DNA of 64,000 nt, taken from the NCBI GenBank assembly GCA_004321745.1, contig SGYO01000008.1:80-64079 (forward strand). Direction: 5' to 3'. A model generated the notes under the pieces. The model was not told where the DNA came from, did no database searches, and saw nothing but the letters and a program-made list of their open reading frames with translations. Origin of the DNA: a bacterium. GTDB lineage: Bacteria > Fidelibacterota > Marinisomatia > Marinisomatales > UBA1611. Made by a program: the position numbers and the translations under genes. Each line of letters begins with the position of its first letter. The stretch's first letter is position 1. This document shows, in pieces, positions 58,101 through 64,000 of the stretch.

Positions 58101-58130
58101 CAGAAATTATGTATTTGAGAGTAATTTCTG
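58101..58130. promoter_or_regulatory. 9-bp perfect inverted repeat in tRNA/rRNA-methyltransferase divergent intergenic region
   Basis: CAGAAATTA (58101-58109) and TAATTTCTG (58122-58130), separated by a 12-nt spacer. Confidence 0.25.
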
Positions 58131-58174
58131 AACTATTATAATTGTTTAATTTAAACTTACTTTAATTACTAAAT

Positions 58175-58945
58175 ATGGTTAAAAACAAAGTGCATAATAA
58201 AAATATTAGAAAAGATAATATTTTTCAAGTGCATGGCTATAACAATTGTCTCCCTCTGCTAAAAAAAAGTCAATATGAAATTATTAGGATAGATATATTA
58301 GATCAGAAAAAAGATTATTTTGCTAGCACGGTAGATTTTCAAAAATATTCTCATTGTCTTCGTTTGCTAAATAAAAATGATTTTTATAATAAACATGAAA
58401 GCATTAGATCTCAAGGCATTGTAGTTCAATTTAAGGGTCCAATTATCAAAGAGATAAGAAATTATAAGGCCGTAAACTCAAATTCATGTCTTTTAATTCT
58501 AGATAATATAGAAGATCCTCAAAATGTTGGTCAAATTATAAGAACAGCTGAATGTGCTGGAATAAATGGGATAGTATTTCCATCTCATAACTCTTTTAAA
58601 GTATCAAACACAATTATTAATGTTAGTCAGGGCGCGTTTCTTAATATGCCCCTTTATGAAGTGACAAATATATCAACTACAATTTTAGATTTGAAAAAGA
58701 ATGATCATTGGGTCATTGGAATTGAAAATAGTATAGAAGCTAAGTTATGGTCTCAATTAGACTATACTGGTCATATCGCTATCGTTGTTGGCAGTGAAGG
58801 CAAAGGTATTCGTAAAAAAGTAATTGAACACTGTGATTTTTTAGGTAACATACCTATGCAAGGTGATGTGAATTCATTAAATGTTTCAGCTGCTGTATCA
58901 GCAATACTTTTTGAACGCCTTAGGCAAATTAAATTTAAAGGATGA
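58175..58945 (+). CDS. SpoU/TrmH family RNA 2'-O-methyltransferase (RlmB-like)
   Basis: 'LDNIEDPQNVGQIIRTAECAGI', 'VVGSEGKGIR', 'IPMQGDVNSLNVSAAVSAILFE'. Confidence 0.85.
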   Translation: MVKNKVHNKNIRKDNIFQVHGYNNCLPLLKKSQYEIIRIDILDQKKDYFASTVDFQKYSHCLRLLNKNDFYNKHESIRSQGIVVQFKGPIIKEIRNYKAVNSNSCLLILDNIEDPQNVGQIIRTAECAGINGIVFPSHNSFKVSNTIINVSQGAFLNMPLYEVTNISTTILDLKKNDHWVIGIENSIEAKLWSQLDYTGHIAIVVGSEGKGIRKKVIEHCDFLGNIPMQGDVNSLNVSAAVSAILFERLRQIKFKG

Positions 58946-58954
58946 GGATTTTTA

Positions 58955-59842
58955 ATGGCTTCTACTCATGATTACATAGCTGATAAACGTAACAAAGATA
59001 TTCAAATATATATAAATGGTGAATTCTTTCATCGATCAGATGCAAAAGTTTCAGTGTTTGATAGTGGCTTTCTTTTAGGAGATGGAGTTTGGGAAGGAAT
59101 TAGGCTACACAAAAATAGGCTCATTCATTTTGATCAACATATCAACCGCTTGTATGCTGGCGCAGATGCAATAGCAATGAAAATTCAATTAAATAAAAAT
59201 GAACTTAAATATGCTGTTAGGCTAACACTAGAAAAGAATGCAATGCATTCTGATACTCATATTAGATTAATTGTATCCAGAGGTATAAAAAGTACTCCCT
59301 ATCAGCATCCAAAAGTAACAGTTGGAGATCCTACTATTGTAATCATTCCCGAATATAAAAAGCCAAATAGCAAGGTTTTTGATATTGGCATACGGTTAGC
59401 TTCAGTAAAAACAAAAAGAGATAACATGGTACAAGATCCTAAAATTAATTCATTGAGTAAAATGAATTGTATTAGTGCATGTATTGAAGCAGACAGATTA
59501 GGTGTGGATGAAGGACTAATGTTTGATCCAAATGGTTTTGTTTCTACGTGTAATTCAACAAATTTTTTCATCGTAAAAAAAGATGAGGTATGGACTTCAA
59601 CAGGAGAATTTTGTTTAAATGGCGTAACCAGAGGATCTGTAATCAAGCTCTGTAAGATTAATAATATTATAGTATTTGAAAAAGATTTTTCAATAGATGA
59701 TGTGTACATTGCTGATGAAGCATTTGTGACAGGTACTTTTTCAGGAATAATACCTGTCGTTGAAATTGATGGGCACAAATTTAATGTCGGCTCTTTAACA
59801 AAAAGGTTATCTGCTATTTATAAAGAAGATATTGAAAATTAA
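58955..59842 (+). CDS. Aminotransferase class IV (branched-chain/D-amino-acid aminotransferase or ADC-lyase-like)
   Basis: 'FDSGFLLGDGVWEGIRL', 'RLIVSRG', 'GVDEGLMFDPNGFVSTCNSTNFFIV', 'GVTRG'. Confidence 0.8.
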   Translation: MASTHDYIADKRNKDIQIYINGEFFHRSDAKVSVFDSGFLLGDGVWEGIRLHKNRLIHFDQHINRLYAGADAIAMKIQLNKNELKYAVRLTLEKNAMHSDTHIRLIVSRGIKSTPYQHPKVTVGDPTIVIIPEYKKPNSKVFDIGIRLASVKTKRDNMVQDPKINSLSKMNCISACIEADRLGVDEGLMFDPNGFVSTCNSTNFFIVKKDEVWTSTGEFCLNGVTRGSVIKLCKINNIIVFEKDFSIDDVYIADEAFVTGTFSGIIPVVEIDGHKFNVGSLTKRLSAIYKEDIEN

Positions 59843-59850
59843 TTATAAAT

Positions 59851-60585
59851 GTGAATTATAAAAATATTACAAGAATAGCAATGTGGTCTGGTCCTAGAAA
59901 TATTTCTACAGCTATGATGAGATCCTTTGAAAACCGGGAAGATACATTAGTGATTGATGAGCCCTTTTATGCCTATTATTTAAACAAAACTGGTTTAAAT
60001 CATCCTCTTAGAGAAAAAGTAATAGCATCTCAAAGTATAAATTGGGATGAAATTGTCTCTCAATTAAATGGAGAGATACCAAAAGAGAAGACAATTTTTT
60101 ATCAAAAACATATGGTCCATCATATTTTGTCTTTTGATAAAATTGGTTGGGTAAAAAATTTTAAAAATTGTTTGCTAATTAGACATCCTAAACAAGTTAT
60201 AGTTAGCTATTCTAAAAAAAGTAAGATTAATAGCATTAACGATTTAGGATTTGTTAAGCAAGTTGAGTTGTTTGAGCAAATAAAAAACCTAACTGGCTCG
60301 TATCCTGCGGTGATCGACTCAAAAGATATTTTATTAGATCCTAAATTATACTTATCAAAATTGTGTAATTATTTTGATATTAGCTTTTCAGAAGACATGT
60401 TAAGCTGGCCAATTGGTCAGAGGACGAGTGATGGAATATGGGGTAGTCATTGGTACAAAAATGTTATTAATTCAAATGGCTTTATACCATACAAAGAACC
60501 AGAGGAGAGCATTCATCAAGAGGATATGCAGTTCTATCAAGATTCAATTGAACATTATAATTACTTAAGCTCCTACAAATTATAA
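59851..60585 (+). CDS. Sulfotransferase-like P-loop-type protein, uncharacterised family
   Basis: 244 aa with a GTG start. The N-terminal 'MWSGPRNISTAMMRSF' sits at the position of a PAPS 5'-phosphosulfate-binding loop. 'LIRHPKQVIVS' is also present. The family call is from memory of Sulfotransfer_5-like proteins and is tentative. Confidence 0.45.
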   Translation: MNYKNITRIAMWSGPRNISTAMMRSFENREDTLVIDEPFYAYYLNKTGLNHPLREKVIASQSINWDEIVSQLNGEIPKEKTIFYQKHMVHHILSFDKIGWVKNFKNCLLIRHPKQVIVSYSKKSKINSINDLGFVKQVELFEQIKNLTGSYPAVIDSKDILLDPKLYLSKLCNYFDISFSEDMLSWPIGQRTSDGIWGSHWYKNVINSNGFIPYKEPEESIHQEDMQFYQDSIEHYNYLSSYKL

Positions 60586-60625
60586 ATGAACTCATTTAGT
60601 TTTTTATTTATTCGTGCTAACTTAT

Positions 60626-60654
60626 GCATCGAAATCGTTACGTAATTTCGATGC
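60626..60654. other. 10-bp perfect stem hairpin (no flanking U-tract)
   Basis: GCATCGAAAT (60626-60635) and ATTTCGATGC (60645-60654), with a 9-nt loop. It lies inside a 12-codon mini-ORF (60624-60662). Confidence 0.4.
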
Positions 60655-60755
60655 TAAAATAGTTCTCAGGGATTAAGACCATCAAAAAAATATTATTTGT
60701 TAGTGCTTTATTAGTCATTTTTACTTCATGCGCCTCTATTTTCAATAAAAAGAAC

Positions 60756-61214
60756 GTGGAGTATAAGCCTGTACAGTATGCCAAAAATGATTACAGAGTA
60801 TTAAAAAAAGAAAATCGTTATACTGGTACTTTTATGATTCGTCAAAAATCCAATGGTTTTTTCATTCCTGATGAAAAAATCTCTGTTGATATGGACATTG
60901 TCATTTCCTCCTTAAAGGTACCTTATTTGAGGGTCTCATACTATGGTACTGAGCAGCTTTCTATACCTGATGGGCAAACTCTATCATTTATATTAGATGA
61001 CGAAGAGATAAAACTTAGCTCAAAAAGAGAATCAAATAGATTAAAAAAAGGTAATGAAGCCGTAGAGGTATTATCATATTTAGTGACTAGAGGACAAATG
61101 AAAAAAATATCAAACGGTCTTAGGCTAAAATGCACTTTACACAATTATACATTTCCAGTGCCAAATCAAATGAAACAGAATTGGGATAGTTTCATTGATG
61201 AATATTGGCAGTAA
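60756..61214 (+). CDS. Uncharacterised protein, probably a lipoprotein whose true start lies upstream (~60672-60690)
   Basis: The track ORF starts at GTG 60756. The same frame is open from 60663 and encodes FSGIKTIKKILFVSALLVIFTSCAS, a signal peptide plus lipobox. See the finding for this region. Confidence 0.6.
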   Translation: MEYKPVQYAKNDYRVLKKENRYTGTFMIRQKSNGFFIPDEKISVDMDIVISSLKVPYLRVSYYGTEQLSIPDGQTLSFILDDEEIKLSSKRESNRLKKGNEAVEVLSYLVTRGQMKKISNGLRLKCTLHNYTFPVPNQMKQNWDSFIDEYWQ

Positions 61215-62366
61215 TTAATTTTTTATCGGTTTTAGTCTTATTATTCTTCCAGGGTCTTCAATCGCTACATAAATAAATCCATCAGGTCCAGTTTCAACAT
61301 CTCTCACTCTACTACCTGTAGAAAAAATTAATTCTTGTTCGATTACTTTACCACTTTCTATTTCAAGTCTATATAGATTTTCAAATTTAAGTGAAGTAAC
61401 AAATAAATTATTATGCCAGTTGGTAAAAATATTATTATCATAAAAGTCTATTCCGCAAACAGCAATAGATGGTGTCCAATGAGTAATTGGTTGCTCCATT
61501 CCTTCTTTATGGGTGTATTTTGTAATTTTAGTTCCGATGTAGTTAATCCCATAAGTGATTTCTGGCCAGCCATAATTCTTACCTTTTTCTATTATATTCA
61601 GCTCGTCACCACCTCTAGGTCCATGCTCTGCTGAAAAAATACTAGATGTTTTTTTATCTATGACTAGACCTTGGGGATTTCTATTGCCATAAGTCCAAAT
61701 TGATTTTTGAGCACCTGGTTTATTAACAAATGGATTATCCTCTGGGATTGAGCCATCATCATTTAATCTATGAATCTTGCCATTAGGAGTAGTTAATAAT
61801 TGTGCTTGGTTTCTATTACCTCTATCTCCAATTGAGAAATACAAATGATTATTATTATCAAAGGCCAATCTTGAGCCGTAATGCACATTACTTTTTGTAT
61901 AAAATTTATCATCTGCTTTATAAATGGTTTGAACGTTCATCAATTTATCGTTTTTTAGTTCAGCCCGTACGATTGAAGTGAATGATTTATTTTTATCTTC
62001 AAATAAAAAATCTGAAAAACAAATATATACAAGATTATTATCTATGAAATTTGGATGGATTTGAACATCAAGTAAACCACCTTGTCCTTTATATTTTACT
62101 TTAGGAACTCCTGAAATTTTCTTTTTACTTTTTCCATCCTTTTTTATTTGCCACAATGTGCCATTGCGGTCACTTACTAAAAGATCTTCATTAGGGAGAA
62201 AACACATCCCCCATGGTATTTCAAATCCGTCAATAAAGTTTTCGACAATAAAAGATTCCTTATCTGTTTTTTCGACCGAAGTATCCCAACCATATGACTC
62301 ATCAGCTTTTGTACTACATGAAAAAAGAAATAATAATATTGGTATGAGCATAATATTATTAATCAA
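61215..62366 (-). CDS. PQQ-dependent soluble sugar (aldose) dehydrogenase family, lipoprotein
   Basis: Lipobox 'LLFLFSCS'. 'GGLLDVQIHPNF', 'HYGSRLAFD', 'GKIHRLNDDGSIPEDNPF', 'GNRNPQGL', 'EHGPRGGDELN…GKNYGWP'. Confidence 0.85.
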   Translation of the reverse strand: MINNIMLIPILLFLFSCSTKADESYGWDTSVEKTDKESFIVENFIDGFEIPWGMCFLPNEDLLVSDRNGTLWQIKKDGKSKKKISGVPKVKYKGQGGLLDVQIHPNFIDNNLVYICFSDFLFEDKNKSFTSIVRAELKNDKLMNVQTIYKADDKFYTKSNVHYGSRLAFDNNNHLYFSIGDRGNRNQAQLLTTPNGKIHRLNDDGSIPEDNPFVNKPGAQKSIWTYGNRNPQGLVIDKKTSSIFSAEHGPRGGDELNIIEKGKNYGWPEITYGINYIGTKITKYTHKEGMEQPITHWTPSIAVCGIDFYDNNIFTNWHNNLFVTSLKFENLYRLEIESGKVIEQELIFSTGSRVRDVETGPDGFIYVAIEDPGRIIRLKPIKN

Positions 62367-63162
62367 TTAGTGATCCACATTTAAAACAAAATTTAGAATT
62401 AATATCTAATTCATCTGAATCACAAACAGTACAAGAAATAGTGTCTTTTTGATCCTTTTTAGCCAATGATAGCTCAGAGGTTATAATACCCGTTGGTACA
62501 GCTAGCATACTATAACCAATTAACATTATAAAGGATGATACCGCTTGCCCCAAGGGTGTTATTGGGACAATGTCACCATACCCAACAGTTGTCATTGTTA
62601 CAATCGCCCAATATATACTTAATGGTATGTTAGTATATCCAGATTTTTCTCCTTCAATTAGGTACATTAAAGATCCTAAAACGATAACAATATTTAATAC
62701 CGCAAACATGAATATAAATATTTTCCTTTTACTTGCGACTAATGCAACTATCAAAAGATTAGCTTCACCTATATATTTAACTAATTTTAATATTCTAAAA
62801 ATTCTTAGTACCCTTAAAATTCTAATCACAGATAAAACTTGGGTACCTGGGAAAAATAAACTTAGATATGTAGGTAAAATTGAAAGAAAATCTATAATAC
62901 CATAGAAACTAAAAATATAACTTATTGGCCTTCTTATACATATCGCTCTTAATAAGTATTCTATTGAAAATAAAATTGTGAATACCCATTCAGCAATGTA
63001 AAGGTAGGTGCCATAGTTTTCATTATATTCTGAAACACTGTCTAGAAGTACTGTTACTATACTTAATATGATGGCAACAATTAATACTTCATCAAATAGT
63101 TTCCCAGTTTGAGTATCTGTGCCAAAAATAATTGATTTTATTTTTTTTCTCATCTTGAACAC
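62359..63162 (-). CDS. Voltage-gated K+ channel (6TM Kv type) with C-terminal zinc-ribbon
   Basis: S4 'VIRILRVLRIFRILKLVKY' with a basic residue at every third position. Selectivity filter 'TMTTVGYGD'. C-terminal 'CTVCDSDELDINSKFCFKCG'. Confidence 0.88.
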   Translation of the reverse strand: MFKMRKKIKSIIFGTDTQTGKLFDEVLIVAIILSIVTVLLDSVSEYNENYGTYLYIAEWVFTILFSIEYLLRAICIRRPISYIFSFYGIIDFLSILPTYLSLFFPGTQVLSVIRILRVLRIFRILKLVKYIGEANLLIVALVASKRKIFIFMFAVLNIVIVLGSLMYLIEGEKSGYTNIPLSIYWAIVTMTTVGYGDIVPITPLGQAVSSFIMLIGYSMLAVPTGIITSELSLAKKDQKDTISCTVCDSDELDINSKFCFKCGSLID

Positions 63163-63355
63163 TTTATTTCGGCATAAAACTTAATATTTTTTTAATAAAT
63201 GAATTTGTAAGATAATTAATCTTTTTTATAATAAATCTTTTATCATTTCACTATTGGTTTGGTGAATATGTTATGTGTATCAGAGCATTTGCGTAAATAG
63301 TTATATTTTAGTACACAATTATATATATTTATAAATGAACTAAAAGGTAATTATA

Positions 63356-63835
63356 ATGGCAACTTTGATTTTAAGGAAAACATACAGTGCAATGATGGAA
63401 GAAATGGAAGCTTTAGATAAGCGGAAGAGAGAGACATCAGAAAAAATTAGAGAGGCAGCTAGTCATGGTGATCTTAAAGAAAATGGCGAGTATCATGCGG
63501 CGAGAGAAGAGCAGAGTTTAATCATATATAAAAAACAGCTTATGCAATCTCATTCTCCATTTCAAATAATTGAAGATGTAGATGTAGATACGAAAGAAGT
63601 GGGCTTTGGGAATAAAGTATTGATATTAGAAGATGGTAAAGATAAAGCTGAAGATTATTATATTCTTGGTCCAATTGAACTTGATTTAGATTTGTATCCA
63701 TTAGTTGTAACTTATCATTCTCCATTTGGACAAGCTTTGATTGGCAAGAAAGTAAATGAAGATTTTACATTAGACATTCGTGGCAAAGAAATTAAGTTCA
63801 CTGTTATTGCTATAGAGAAAATAGCATCAGAATAG
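63356..63835 (+). CDS. greA: Transcription elongation factor GreA
   Basis: 159 aa. 'ASHGDLKENGEYHAAREEQ' coiled-coil tip with the conserved acidic residues, and a C-terminal 'SPFGQALIGKKVNEDF' FKBP-like domain. Confidence 0.88.
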   Translation: MATLILRKTYSAMMEEMEALDKRKRETSEKIREAASHGDLKENGEYHAAREEQSLIIYKKQLMQSHSPFQIIEDVDVDTKEVGFGNKVLILEDGKDKAEDYYILGPIELDLDLYPLVVTYHSPFGQALIGKKVNEDFTLDIRGKEIKFTVIAIEKIASE

Positions 63836-63857
63836 GTTCATTTTTTAAATGTAAATG

Positions 63858-63917
63858 TAGAGGGAGGAATCATCTCTCCATTGTATTGAGTAGGTTCAAT
63901 GAGCCATCTTCCCTCTA
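63858..63917. other. Nested hairpin between convergent greA and T9SS-tail gene (possible bidirectional terminator)
   Basis: The outer stem is TAGAGGGA (63858-63865) with TCCCTCTA (63910-63917). The inner imperfect stem is CTC(C)ATTG with CAATGAG. An A/T-rich tract follows. Confidence 0.3.
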
Positions 63918-63932
63918 TTTAAAATTATTTTA

Positions 63933-64000
63933 TTATTTTAATAGAATCAATTTTTTAGTTTTTATGAATTCACCTGCCTGAATCGTATAGATGTACATTC
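63933..64000 (-). CDS. 3' end of a gene encoding a T9SS-type C-terminal sorting tail (5' part outside window)
   Basis: The minus-strand frame reads …MYIYTIQAGEFIKTKKLILLK* with the stop at 63935-63933. 'G(x)Y(x)Y…  …KK(L/I)xLxK' is a typical ending for a T9SS CTD. Only 22 codons are visible. Confidence 0.4.
   Translation of the reverse strand, partial: MYIYTIQAGEFIKTKKLILLK

Noticed and set aside
60584-60600. A possible terminator right after the sulfotransferase-like gene (AAATGA-AC-TCATTT followed by AGTTTTTT).
   Set aside because: The stem is only 6 A/T-rich base pairs with a 2-nt loop, which is sterically and thermodynamically implausible as an intrinsic terminator.

Overview
The window is a very compact, visibly AT-rich chromosomal segment with about 67 protein genes, one tRNA and almost no non-coding DNA. 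It comes from a diderm (Gram-negative) bacterium. Several markers point to the Fibrobacteres-Chlorobi-Bacteroidetes (FCB) superphylum, for example a Marinimicrobia/Ignavibacteria-like streamlined marine lineage: T9SS-type 'PNPFNP' C-terminal sorting domains, a DUF4835 gene, a DUF2723 glycosyltransferase, a BamA/Skp/Lpx cluster and clear Shine-Dalgarno use. That phylum call is inference only.

Most of the content is core housekeeping:
- valS, recG, a CCA-adding-like enzyme, ferredoxin, mrp, dnaG, greA, gpmA and a tRNA with anticodon CAT.
- A large outer-membrane (OM) and isoprenoid biogenesis cluster: uppS-bamA-skp-lpxD-lpxC-fabZ-lpxA-(OM protein)-dxr-rseP.
- An nfeD-floA flotillin module.
- A tightly packed nucleoside-salvage operon: cdd-udk-tdk-nupC-adk-coaE.

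I see no CRISPR array, rRNA, transposase, integrase or prophage.

The less ordinary parts are:
1. A six-gene operon at the left edge. It joins a heavy-metal-associated (HMA)/MauE-like fusion protein, an OM barrel, a MacB/Lol-type ABC transporter with two FtsX permeases, and a LolA-like periplasmic protein.
2. Two PEGA-domain paralogues plus a 642-aa repeat-and-barrel protein welded onto the 3' end of the dnaG operon.
3. A beta-class DNA-methyltransferase homologue with all catalytic and SAM motifs degenerate, sitting at the head of that same operon.
4. An arsC/LMW-PTP gene inactivated by a 1-nt deletion inside the catalytic Cys codon.
5. A lipoprotein whose signal peptide lies upstream of any canonical start codon, behind an in-frame TAG.
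6. A Kv-type channel with a C-terminal zinc ribbon.
7. Several convergent gene pairs that overlap or abut with no room for terminators.

All functional calls rest on motif and family recognition by eye from the supplied translations. No database search was run.
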